In this document: positions 1 to 10,500 of the stretch, piece by piece
How the letters are laid out: the number at the start of each line of letters is the position of its first letter
Position numbering within the stretch: the stretch's first letter is position 1
From: Bacteroidota bacterium
Lineage (GTDB): Bacteria; Bacteroidota; Bacteroidia; Bacteroidales; GCA-2748055
Assembly (NCBI GenBank): GCA_002748055.1
Contig: PDRI01000095.1
Location: 69,081-119,520 of the forward strand
Length of the DNA: 50,440 nt
Direction of reading: 5' to 3'
The notes under the pieces: model-generated
What the model saw: the letters and a program-made list of their open reading frames with translations, nothing else
Databases searched by the model: none
What the model was told of the DNA's origin: nothing
Position numbers and translations under genes: made by a program

Positions 1-2909
1 ATTCCATTGATGTGGCCGGACCCGGAGCTGTTCTGCACTATTCCTATGTGGGTTACCTCTCACAGGAGATTCCGGTGGGAAGTCAGACTGAAATCAATGT
101 GGAACTGCAGGAAGACATCCGGGCCCTGGAGGAAGTGGTAGTCATTGGCTATGGTACCGTGAAAAAGCAAGACCTGACTGGTTCGGTCGCAGTAGTTTCT
201 GCTAAAGAGCTAGCCAAAACCCCTTCGGCCAACCTGAGCCAGGCTCTGCAGGGACGAGCCTCAGGTGTAATGGTAACCCAGAGTGGAAAGCCCGGATCGG
301 GTGTTACCATCCGCATCAGGGGTATCGGCTCCATCAACCAGAACCCCAACCCGCTCTATGTGATTGACGGCGTCGTGGGTGGGAGTATTAACGATATCAG
401 TCCCAATGATGTGGAATCCTTCCAGGTGCTGAAAGATGCTTCGGCGGCTGCCATCTATGGTGCCGATGGTGCCAATGGTGTGGTAATCGTTACCACCAGG
501 CGGGGCAAAGAGGGGAAACCAAAGCTTAGCTTTTCGGCCTATGGAAGCATGAATCTGGCGCCCAAGCCCTTTGACATGATGAATGCTACACAGTACAGCA
601 AGTTCTACAACCAGATTTATGACGACAATGGCATCGAAAGGGATGAAGCCTATTCCGATGAATTCCGGCAGTTCTATTACGGCCAGGGCTGGGAAGAAGG
701 GACCAACTGGCAGAGCGAAATCCTCCAAAAGGCCTATACCCAGAATTACTACCTGAGAATTTCGGGCGGAGGAAAAGCAAGCAATTATTCCGTCTCGGCC
801 AATGTGCTGGATGAGGATGGAATACTACTTAGTACCGGTGCATCCAGGTACAATCTCAGAGCCAACTCAGACTTTAAGATAGGTCAATACATCAAAGTGG
901 GTGAATCATTCACCGTATCGCGGAACACCAGGTTCGACGAATCTGGATACCAGGGCAGTGTATGGCGTTCGAGCCTGATCGCTTCTCCCCTGATGACCCT
1001 TTACAATGAAAACAACAAGGGAGGCTATTCCGGTCCCCAGGAAGCCATCGAGTACACCACGGCAGCCGGTGATGTGGTTTTCTATAATAATACCGGGGGA
1101 AATGACAAGGCGAATCCGGTCGTTGCACAAGCCCTTGCAAAAAACCAGTCGAATTACAACAGCTTTGTGGGAAATGTTTACATCGAAATCAAGCCCCTCT
1201 CCTGGCTTAGCTTTAAATCCACGCCCTCGGTAATCGGGTCCTTCAGCCATACACGCAACTGGATGCCTCGGTTCGAGTCGGGTGTAAGAAGCAACTCCCC
1301 CGCATCGCTTACCGAGCTTTTCACGGAAAGCATGAACCTCTCGTTGGAAAACCAGCTGATGATTATGAAATCCTTTGGGGAACATACACTCACCATTACC
1401 GGGGTTCAACATGCCCGGAAATACGATGGCTACAGCTCCAGTGTTACAGCATCCGATTTTGCTTACGAAAAGCTGAATACCCTGCAAAATGCAACCAGCA
1501 TTGATAATGTGACTGGCTACATCACCCCGGTAAGGTGGAACTCCTATCTGGTCAGAGCCATTTACGACTACAAGAGCAGGTACCTTCTAACTGCCAGTAT
1601 CCGGCGTGACGGGAATTCCCGTTTCGGTCCGGGAAATCGCTGGGGAACATTCCCTTCGGCTTCTCTTGCCTGGAAACTGAACGAAGATCTGCTTCCCGAT
1701 GTGGAACAGATTGACATGCTCAAACTGAGAATGGGTTACGGAAAAACCGGATTCTCCGAGATTGGCAATTTTGCCTATGAAGCAAACCTGAGTGCCTACA
1801 GCCAGTTCTCCCCTGTTTTTGGCACTTCGCAGTCTTTGAATCCCGCCCTGAATGTGCTCGACAGCTTTGGCAATGAACTGATACAGTGGGAGTCTTCTGC
1901 CATGACCAATATAGGGGTGGATGTCAGCCTTTACAGGAATAAGCTGACGGCAAGCCTTGAGTACTATATCAAGAATACCGATAACCTGATTGTTGACAGA
2001 TCTGTCTCCAGGATTTTTGCACGTATTACAGAACCAAAAGTAAATCTGGGAGACCTCCGGAACCGGGGACTTGAATTCAATGTCTCCTATCGCGAAATGG
2101 AAGGCAATGTCAATTATGAAATCAGTGGTATGCTAACCACCATAAAAAATGAAGTGCTGGACATTCCCGAAACCTATATTGATGGCAATAACATTGCCAG
2201 AGTAGGAAACACCGTGGGCTCCCTGTATGGGTATATAGCCGAGAGGATTGTAACTCCCGAGGACTTTGATACCGATGGCAACTACCTCTTCGCTATCCCC
2301 TCAGAAGGCATCCCCTCCCCTGGAGATCTGAAATTTACAGACCTCAACCTCGACGGGGAAATTACGGATGAAGACCGAACCATTATCGGGAAACCTATTC
2401 CGGATCTGATCTACTCCATCAATGTGAATCTCTATTACAAGAATTTTGATTTGGGCATGTACTGGTATGGTTCCAGGAATGTGGATGTTTATAACTCGCA
2501 GCGCGCAAGCGTGGAGTGTTTTGCCAGTCAGGATCTGGACCACAATAAAACAGTCGGATTTGCAGAGAACTATTACCGCAGCGACCGTCCTTCTGCAGAA
2601 TATGTTCGGGCAGACATCAACAACACCAACCTGAACGATCGCATCTCTACCTGGTGGGTAGAGGACGCCTCTTTCCTGAGAATGAAAGATGTCCAGTTGG
2701 GGTATACACTTCCGAAGCACCTGGCACAGCGTATCGGAATGTCGGGAGCAAGGCTGTATTTGAGTGGTGTGAACCTCCTCACCATTACTAAATACAAGGG
2801 GCCCGATCCGGAATCTGCCACCACAGGTCCGCCTATGCGGGTGGGAACCGACTGGGGAACCTATCCCATGCCCAGGATCATTACCGCAGGTGTCCAGATT
2901 GATTTCTAA
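1..2909 (+). CDS. susC: SusC/RagA-family TonB-dependent outer-membrane transporter (5'-truncated by window edge)
   Basis: LEEVVVIGYGT, DLTGSV, NPLYVIDG, VLKDASAAAIYG..GANGVVIVTT plug motifs; C-terminal Phe (QIDF); frame open back to window start; followed by SusD. Confidence 0.96.
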   Translation, partial: SIDVAGPGAVLHYSYVGYLSQEIPVGSQTEINVELQEDIRALEEVVVIGYGTVKKQDLTGSVAVVSAKELAKTPSANLSQALQGRASGVMVTQSGKPGSGVTIRIRGIGSINQNPNPLYVIDGVVGGSINDISPNDVESFQVLKDASAAAIYGADGANGVVIVTTRRGKEGKPKLSFSAYGSMNLAPKPFDMMNATQYSKFYNQIYDDNGIERDEAYSDEFRQFYYGQGWEEGTNWQSEILQKAYTQNYYLRISGGGKASNYSVSANVLDEDGILLSTGASRYNLRANSDFKIGQYIKVGESFTVSRNTRFDESGYQGSVWRSSLIASPLMTLYNENNKGGYSGPQEAIEYTTAAGDVVFYNNTGGNDKANPVVAQALAKNQSNYNSFVGNVYIEIKPLSWLSFKSTPSVIGSFSHTRNWMPRFESGVRSNSPASLTELFTESMNLSLENQLMIMKSFGEHTLTITGVQHARKYDGYSSSVTASDFAYEKLNTLQNATSIDNVTGYITPVRWNSYLVRAIYDYKSRYLLTASIRRDGNSRFGPGNRWGTFPSASLAWKLNEDLLPDVEQIDMLKLRMGYGKTGFSEIGNFAYEANLSAYSQFSPVFGTSQSLNPALNVLDSFGNELIQWESSAMTNIGVDVSLYRNKLTASLEYYIKNTDNLIVDRSVSRIFARITEPKVNLGDLRNRGLEFNVSYREMEGNVNYEISGMLTTIKNEVLDIPETYIDGNNIARVGNTVGSLYGYIAERIVTPEDFDTDGNYLFAIPSEGIPSPGDLKFTDLNLDGEITDEDRTIIGKPIPDLIYSINVNLYYKNFDLGMYWYGSRNVDVYNSQRASVECFASQDLDHNKTVGFAENYYRSDRPSAEYVRADINNTNLNDRISTWWVEDASFLRMKDVQLGYTLPKHLAQRIGMSGARLYLSGVNLLTITKYKGPDPESATTGPPMRVGTDWGTYPMPRIITAGVQIDF

Positions 2910-2926
2910 TGGTAAAAATGTATGTC

Positions 2927-4606
2927 ATGAAAAATGCAATTCATAAAACAACCCTCCTTGTTCTGCTGGTATTGAGCAGCGCTTGCAGTGAGGAGTTCCT
3001 TGAGGTCGAAAACAAAAACAACCTGACCGACGCGAGTTTCTATCAGACACAGAATGACTTCCTGCTGGCCCTGAACTCCTGTTATTGTCCCCTGGCCGAC
3101 GGGGGACTGTTTGGTCTGGGCATGCAGCTTGCAGCCGGGACCTGGGAGGACAGAACCCTTTTTGAGACCACCAACAGAGACAATCTGAGCATGATGAGTT
3201 CGAGCAGTGATGAATGCCACACAACCTGGCAGGCGCTGTATTTTGGGGTATACCGCACCAGTGATTTCCTCAGAAAGCTGGCCGAACAAACCAGTGTTGA
3301 AGGTTTTACCCAGGAAGAAAGGGCGCTTTACGAAGCCCAGATCAGAGGACTTAGAGCCATGTACTATTTTTATCTCGTAACCTTATTTCATAAACCCGTT
3401 TATTACGACGAGCTGAATTTCCCGGTAGACTATAATCAGAATTTCAGCAATGGGGATCCCTTACAATTCTGGGATAAAATTGAAGAAGACCTGGCCTTTG
3501 CCATCGCACATCTTCCCAAAAAATCGGAGTATGCCGACGAAGACCTGGGAAGGGTTACATCGGGGGCTGCCAGTGCCCTTCTGGGGAAAGCCCTGCTTTA
3601 CAAACACTACCACTATTATGTGGCCGGCGGAAGCAAAGGTGGATCCGAAGATCTGGAAGATCTGTCAAAGGCCAGGGATGCCTTTCTGGATGTTATGAAC
3701 TCGGGGGAATATGCGCTGGTACAGCCCAAAGCACCCAAAACCAGGAAGGACTACATGATGGCACTGCTGTCGAATACAGCCTACACTGACCTACCCTCGG
3801 AGAACAACAGTTACCAGTCGGAAAACAATGTGGAATCGGTATGGGAGGTGCAATACGACGATGAACTCATCCAGAGTGGATGGCTTCCTGGATGGCAGTG
3901 GACCGGGTCACTCAATACGCAGTATTTCTCGCCCCACAGCAATAGTTACAAGAACCATGAAGTGCATCCCGACTGGTTTTTTGCCTGTGATACAGTGGGA
4001 ACGCCTGCCGGTTTCGACAGAGATCCCCGTGCTTATGCTTCATGCTATCTGGATGGCGATACCATGCACATTGATCCGGCCAATCCCTATTTTAAGAAAT
4101 TCAATTCCTATGTCAATACCAAGCGGATTGCCCGATCGAGAGGACTTGCACATGACGATCAGCCCTCGGTCTCCTTTGGGATGAAAAAATACTATTTCCC
4201 GATCTATGAAGAGAGTGGCACAGCCTCGCCCAACAACGACCCCACCAACCGCAGGGTGATTCGTTATGCCGATGTGCTGCTCATGTATGCCGAGGTCATG
4301 TTCCTGTTGGGTGACGATGGCAGCGGGCTAAGTGCCCTGAACCAGGTGCGTGCCAGGGTAGATATGGATCCAATACCGGCTCTAAGCAGCGAGGCAATCG
4401 TACACGAAAGGGATATTGAACTGGCCTTTGAGAGTCACCGCTGGGGTGATCTGGTGAGGTGGAGTTTTGATCCTGCCTGGGGAATCGACTGGGATGCCCT
4501 TTTAGGGCCCGGCGTGTTTAAGGTCGGCAAACATGAGTACTATCCCATTCCCATCTCAGAAATTGATGTAAACAGCGGAGAATTAAAGCAAAATCCCGGC
4601 TGGTAA
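2927..4606 (+). CDS. susD: SusD/RagB-family surface glycan-binding lipoprotein
   Basis: Lipobox LSSAC after MKNAIHK (start taken as ATG 2927); IRYADVLLMYAE, ERDIELAFESHRWGDLVRW, C-terminal QNPGW. Confidence 0.95.
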   Translation: MKNAIHKTTLLVLLVLSSACSEEFLEVENKNNLTDASFYQTQNDFLLALNSCYCPLADGGLFGLGMQLAAGTWEDRTLFETTNRDNLSMMSSSSDECHTTWQALYFGVYRTSDFLRKLAEQTSVEGFTQEERALYEAQIRGLRAMYYFYLVTLFHKPVYYDELNFPVDYNQNFSNGDPLQFWDKIEEDLAFAIAHLPKKSEYADEDLGRVTSGAASALLGKALLYKHYHYYVAGGSKGGSEDLEDLSKARDAFLDVMNSGEYALVQPKAPKTRKDYMMALLSNTAYTDLPSENNSYQSENNVESVWEVQYDDELIQSGWLPGWQWTGSLNTQYFSPHSNSYKNHEVHPDWFFACDTVGTPAGFDRDPRAYASCYLDGDTMHIDPANPYFKKFNSYVNTKRIARSRGLAHDDQPSVSFGMKKYYFPIYEESGTASPNNDPTNRRVIRYADVLLMYAEVMFLLGDDGSGLSALNQVRARVDMDPIPALSSEAIVHERDIELAFESHRWGDLVRWSFDPAWGIDWDALLGPGVFKVGKHEYYPIPISEIDVNSGELKQNPGW

Positions 4607-4623
4607 CCCAAAAACACAGAAAG

Positions 4624-5007
4624 ATGAAAAACAGCACAATAGCAGCAATGATCCTGGCCTTCCTGCTTATTCTCTTCGGGTGCAACAAAGAGGAGCCTGC
4701 AGCCGTTTCTGCTGCTTTCACAACCAATCTGGTGAACAATACAGTAGGTGTCGGTGATCCGGTTACTGTTTATCTGCAGGATGCGACCGGCGAGTTCCTG
4801 ACCTATTTCATGGGCCTGGACTCAACGGACAGCTATGGTACAGGAACAGGAAAAAGCCTGGAGACAGGCACTGATTCCCTGGTACTTACCTACTATACTG
4901 CGGGCAGATATGCATTTACCCTGGTGGCCATAAGCTACGGAAACTGGGGAGAAACTGTCAGCGAAGCACGGCAGTCGCTAGATATCACCGTTGTGGCTGA
5001 TGAATAG
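4624..5007 (+). CDS. Small lipoprotein with PKD/Ig-like beta-sandwich (PUL accessory)
   Basis: Lipobox LFGC; 'LTYYTAGRYAFTLVA' resembles the PKD-domain pattern; 17 bp after susD. Confidence 0.7.
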   Translation: MKNSTIAAMILAFLLILFGCNKEEPAAVSAAFTTNLVNNTVGVGDPVTVYLQDATGEFLTYFMGLDSTDSYGTGTGKSLETGTDSLVLTYYTAGRYAFTLVAISYGNWGETVSEARQSLDITVVADE

Positions 5008-5048
5008 TAGTTCCGGCAGACTTTTCAATTCCCCGGAAAGCCTGTAGG

Positions 5049-6206
5049 CTAAGGCCTGATCAGGTCGAGGAGTTTTTTGTCAAGCTTGTAGCCATACCAG
5101 TCTTCGTAGTCCACATCCTTGCGCCCGGAATTCAGGATGCCGAAATCACCGACAAAATTCCAGAGGGCAAAGCCTATGTTGTGACTGCCGATGATGTCGA
5201 GTATGTCTCCGAACCAGGAAAGAAAGATCGCATGTGGGGTCTTGTTGTAGCATCCACATTCCCCGCAATGAACACCGACCCCCTTCTCGACCAGTTCGAT
5301 CCAGGGCGCATAGAAGGCTTCCAGCATCTCACGGCTCAGGTACTGATCGCCTACCTGTCCCGGATATTTCAGGGAGGGCAACCCGGCAATCTGCTCGGGA
5401 GAATAGACCCATTGAGCCTTGTAATGCGAGACAATGTGTGGGAAATACCCCCTGCAGCTCTGGACAATTGGCAGGTGGGTGATCTCCGGAATCACCTTCG
5501 TTCCTATATCGTTCCCGTCGGCTACAACCAGGTGGTCGGGATTCACCGCCCATATCGCTTTTGCTGCTTTTTCAACCAGTGTGGCATAGGCATATCCGGA
5601 AACAATTGTTTTCGATGAATGCTGGTCATTCATCGCCTCGACCCAGGCAGGTTCATTCAGCAGGTCAAAACTAATCTGCTCCCGGCTGAGTTGCTTATAG
5701 CGTCTGGCCCACATATCCCAATGCCAGTAAAAGGCCTCCCGGGCTTCCTCATCAAGCCAGAGGTTGTAGGGCTCTCTGAACCCGGCATTGATGCAATAAC
5801 CCGGAGCCCTGTGAAGGTTTATGCTTGCATGCATGCCATACTTGTTAATCAAAAAGACCAATTCATCCACCTTTTCCAGTGCGGCTTCATCCACTTGGTA
5901 AACCTCCTCGGGAAGGATGTCCCGGCTACGGTCAAAGTCCAGGTAGGACGGATAAGCAATGGGAATACGCACAAAGTCGAAGCCCCAGTCCGCCATCCAT
6001 TTAAGCTCTTCCTCTGTCGTCTGCCTCCAGGCATGCTGTGGATCGGGCGAGAAAAAATCCTGAACATTAAAGCCCTTCCAGGTGGGAATGGGTTTTGGGG
6101 CTTTTTCCGGTGTATTCGCAAATAGGATGGCCGAATTTCCTGCCAGGCCCACAGTCCCTGTGAGCAATGCGCTTTGCTTTAAGAAAGTCCTTCGGTCTGG
6201 TGACAT
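5049..6206 (-). CDS. Glycoside hydrolase family 5 (cellulase-fold), Tat-exported
   Basis: Twin-arginine signal RRTFLK; GFDFVRIP, NLHRAPGY, acid/base LLNEP, nucleophile HCGECG, ALWNF. Confidence 0.9.
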   Translation of the reverse strand: MSPDRRTFLKQSALLTGTVGLAGNSAILFANTPEKAPKPIPTWKGFNVQDFFSPDPQHAWRQTTEEELKWMADWGFDFVRIPIAYPSYLDFDRSRDILPEEVYQVDEAALEKVDELVFLINKYGMHASINLHRAPGYCINAGFREPYNLWLDEEAREAFYWHWDMWARRYKQLSREQISFDLLNEPAWVEAMNDQHSSKTIVSGYAYATLVEKAAKAIWAVNPDHLVVADGNDIGTKVIPEITHLPIVQSCRGYFPHIVSHYKAQWVYSPEQIAGLPSLKYPGQVGDQYLSREMLEAFYAPWIELVEKGVGVHCGECGCYNKTPHAIFLSWFGDILDIIGSHNIGFALWNFVGDFGILNSGRKDVDYEDWYGYKLDKKLLDLIRP

Positions 6207-6335
6207 CTGTGTTTGAGTTTGGTTTGCTTAAAGGTAGAGGATTGTGGGAACTATGCAAACTGCAGGTACAAATGTGCCCGCTTGCCCAGCCTGCCGGCTC
6301 TTCAAATTCGAAACGGATCTGTTCGGGCCGTTTTA

Positions 6336-7271
6336 TTACCGGCCTTTTAGATGCCTGTCGAGAAAGGAAAAGACTTTAGCTACATTTTCTGTCCCGTAAA
6401 ATGCGGGCCAGTATCCATGCCCCGTAGCAGGAAACAATTCCAAATAAACATTTTCATAGCCGATGGCCTTTCCCAGGGCACGGGCAAGCATCACCGAACC
6501 CTGGTAGGGGACCAAGTTGTCTTCACAGCCATGTTGAATAAAAAAAGGCGCATCGTCGGAAGAAACCCAGGTAGTCGGATCTGCTTCTTTTACAAGCCCG
6601 GGAAGCTCAACAATGGCTCCACCCAACAGTAGCGATTCGGGAGAATCCGGTGTTGAATGGAGCAAAGGATGCGCTACCCTGCTCGCCTTCAACTGCTCAT
6701 CCATTTCCAGAAAATCCGTTGGGCCAAACCAGTTTACCACGGCCTGTACCCGGCTCGATTGGTCGGAATGCCCCAGACTTAAGTCCTCCAAATGAGCAAC
6801 ATCACCTGTCGTCCCCAGCATGGATGAGAGGTGTCCGCCAGCCGAATCCCCCCAGGCGGCTATCTTTTCAGGATTGAGTTTGTAGTTGCCTGCATTCGCT
6901 CTCAACCACCTGAGGGCTGCCTTGCAGTCATGGATCTGAGCGGGCCAGATGGCTTCACCGCTAAGTCGGTAATTGATTGAAACAACAGCATAACCCCGCT
7001 TCAATCCGCAAAGCATTGGCTCAAGCACGCGGTCTCTCTTGTCGCCTTCCATAAAAGCCCCCCCATGAATGGAAAGGATAACCGGGAAGGGCCCTTCACC
7101 ATCTTCGGGGAGATAGATGTCCAGTTTTTGGGCCTCTGAAACAGTGGCATAAGCGATATCGAGGTATTTATTCCTTATTCCACTTATATCAGCTTTTTGG
7201 GCCTGGACTATTGCGGAAACCTGGATGAATACTATTGATGCACAGATGATTGCCTTATTCATGATGCTCAT
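6336..7271 (-). CDS. Secreted alpha/beta-hydrolase (HSL-like / BD-FAE-type carbohydrate esterase)
   Basis: Signal peptide; IHGGAF oxyanion motif, GDSAGG nucleophile elbow, HGCEDNLVP, GHG. Confidence 0.9.
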   Translation of the reverse strand: MSIMNKAIICASIVFIQVSAIVQAQKADISGIRNKYLDIAYATVSEAQKLDIYLPEDGEGPFPVILSIHGGAFMEGDKRDRVLEPMLCGLKRGYAVVSINYRLSGEAIWPAQIHDCKAALRWLRANAGNYKLNPEKIAAWGDSAGGHLSSMLGTTGDVAHLEDLSLGHSDQSSRVQAVVNWFGPTDFLEMDEQLKASRVAHPLLHSTPDSPESLLLGGAIVELPGLVKEADPTTWVSSDDAPFFIQHGCEDNLVPYQGSVMLARALGKAIGYENVYLELFPATGHGYWPAFYGTENVAKVFSFLDRHLKGR

Positions 7272-7295
7272 TTGCTTTTCGTAAGAAGAGTTTTA

Positions 7296-7303
7296 CAAAG
7301 TTA
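7296..7303 (-). promoter_or_regulatory. Bacteroidota sigmaA -7 element (TAACTTTG) upstream of esterase
   Basis: Exact TAnnTTTG match ~25 bp upstream of the esterase start. Confidence 0.55.
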
Positions 7304-7514
7304 GTTTATTCGTGCAAGATATCCCTAAAATCATCTCAATGGGGGAAAAAACGAAATGAAAAATATTTCTTAAATTTATACATGAATCTGCCCAAAAAGG
7401 CAGGAGGCTAAACACCCCCGATTAGAAAACTCAGCTTTACGGCAACCCTCCTGAAATCAGTACATGAACCAACAGGCGCTTAGCCGCTATTGAAAAACCG
7501 ACCCTTCCTGTGCA

Positions 7515-10500
7515 ATGAAACGTATTCTTCTGCTCATAGCCTTATTTATTCCTGTTGCCAGCCTGAGTGCACAAAATGCCCCCGTCATCGGAACCCCTCA
7601 GGATGCGACCCTTTTCGTGGGTTCGGGTTTGAATTTCCTGATGATTCCCAATGTGAGCGATGGAGATGAAGGAGTCGGCCAGGAGATCTCTTTCTCGGCA
7701 ACATCCTCAGATCCGTCCATCCTCGAGATCAATGACGTGAGCTATTCTGCCGGACATACCATGGCTGTGATTCATGCGACAGAAAAGGGGCTTAGCGGAA
7801 CTGTAAGCATTGGCGTGGAAGCCACCGATGAAGATGGTTCCGTGCAAACCTCCTTCGATGTCAGCATAGGCGCGTACCACAATCAGGGAATTAATTTCGA
7901 GATTCACGACATCGTATTCTGGCAGACCCATGTTCCGCTGAATTCCAGTCCGGCTTTCAGCATGATTGCGGAAAACGGAATGGCCCCTTACAGCCAGATC
8001 GATCTGAAAGGACTGGACCTTTCAGTATACGCCGATTGTGATGGAGACATCTGTACCGGGACCGACTTTTTTACGGCGCTTTTCAAGGGATATTTAATTC
8101 CTCCCGTCAGCGGAGACTATTATTTCTATATGGTTTCGGGCGACCATAAAAGTATCGGAATAAGCGACAGCGAAGACTTCGACGATGCCGAAGTCATTCT
8201 GCACTCCGTTGACGGAATAGGAACTAATGCGGGCGAGAGGGAGTGGAAATCGGTTCAGATTAGTCTGGAAGCCGGAAAATGCTATGCGATATACGGCACC
8301 CACTGGAATGTTCACACCCTTATGGGAGGCCTGAAATGGGAAGGCCCCGGGATTGAAAAGGAATACATACCGGGGGAGTATCTATCCTATGTTTATGACG
8401 TATTTAAACCATCTGTACCGGCTAACTTCAAGCTTCTGAATACAGGAATCACAGATATCGTGCTCAGTTGGTCGGAGGCAACGGATGATCGCAACATAGC
8501 TGGCTACAACCTTTATCTGAATGGCCTCAGATTCAACGATACACCCCTGAAGGATACAAGCTGCCAGCTTGGCAATCTAAGCCCGGGAACAGACTATTGC
8601 ATGGTGGTTACTTCAGTTGACATGGCCGGAAATGAATCAGCAGAGAGCAATCCTGTTTGCACCACTACCTACCTGGAAGATGAAGTAGCCCCCCTCTCCC
8701 CCACAAGCCTTGAAGCGAAAATTGTTTCAGATCTTGGACTCAAAGTGGAGTGGAGTGGAGCCAGCGATGGCGAAACCGAGATCAGGGGCTATCGCTTGTA
8801 TGTGAACGGGGAGCTCTACACTGTCGATGGACTGATCTATGAAGAAGAATCCGAGATTCTGGGCCTGACCCCGGAAACAGACTATGCGATTGAAGTGGAA
8901 GCCCTGGATGCTGCCTATAATGTATCTGATAAAAGTGAAGCCCTGATTGTGAGTACCACTGCTTTTTCACCCTACGACACCAGCATAAGCAGCACAAAGG
9001 GGCGTTTGAGCATTCTGATGGACCCCATTGGCAGGAGCGAGGGCATAGGCATTAACCCAAACTATGTATCGGGAGAATTCCTGAACGATCCTGAGCAGGT
9101 CAGACTGATTAAAGAACTGGAGGCAGGAGCCATCCGCTGGGGTGCCCTGGATGCGAACCCGCTGAATTTTAAGGATTTTACAGGCCCCGGAAAGCCAATA
9201 ACCTTTGGCCGGTTTATGGATTTCTGTAACCAGACAGGGGCCTATACGGTCATCTCCTGTGGGGTGGAAGATGGAAGCGACTGGCGAAAGCATCCCGAGA
9301 CCTTTTCCAACTTTCTGGAATACCTCGCAGGCGGTGCTGAAACCACCTATGGAGCAAAACGGGTGGCAGAAGGCTACAGCCAATCCTTGCTTGAAGGAAG
9401 CCCGGGAATGGTATTTGAGTTTGGAAACGAAGTGTGGGGTGCAGATGCACATGCTGCCCAAATTGGCTCGGACTATGCTGAATATGGCCGCTGGTGCCGA
9501 GAGATGGCCACCGTCATGCGTGCATCAAACTACTTTGATGATGAGAAGATATTCCTGAGCTATAGTGGCAGGCGTCCGGTGGCCAGCGATAGTTATGGAC
9601 TCTATGAAGAGCTTTTTAAAGGAGATACGGGTGAGGTCGACTGGCTGGCGGTGAGCGGATACCTTGGGGGAAACCTGAACTATTCACCGGAAATTGATCC
9701 GGGTGAGAGCGAACTGGAATACTATAAAAACGGGATCAGGGAAATGATTCGCAACCTGAACGGGCTTGAGGAGACCATGGATGTGGTTTTGCAGACCTGT
9801 GGAGACATCAAACCCACCTACTTCTACGAGTCAAATATGACCACATCCGCTTACTACGGGCGGCTTGGTCAGGCTGTTATTCAGACCGATTACTATGCAT
9901 CGCTTGTGGAAAAAGGAGGAGTCCTTCCCACCATCTTCCATCTGACCGATGGCCAGTGGAAGATGGTCGTTCCATCGCAGGACTACAAGAAACTTCCGCT
10001 CTTCCATACCACCATGTACTACAACAGGTATTGCAAAGGGAATGCACTCAAAACAGACTTTGTCACAAGCCTGAATACCTCGTATGATCCGGTTGGTTGT
10101 CATATCTATTCGGAAGGTGATGCCTTTGGACTGATGTTAGCGAGTCGTGATTTTGAGAACGACTGGACCGTACAACTCGATCTTCCCGATGAGCTTGAAT
10201 TAATGAGGCCGGAATCGGTTAAAATGTACACCATTACCGGAAACGGATACAGCACCAGAAAGGCAAGGATCGATTCTTCGGTAGTAAGCATGTCGGACAG
10301 TATGCTCATAAAGGTGCCTAAATACAGCATGGTGGTCATGGGTTTTGAGGGAAGCGGAGCGGGTATTGAGAATGTCCCGCTGGGGTTTTATGACTATAAG
10401 GCGGCCGATTCCATTTCGATTTATGCACTGGGAGGCATTGAGGTATATGAAATCAATGGCCGGGATAAACTGATATTTAAAGCAGATGTTTTTCCCGAAG

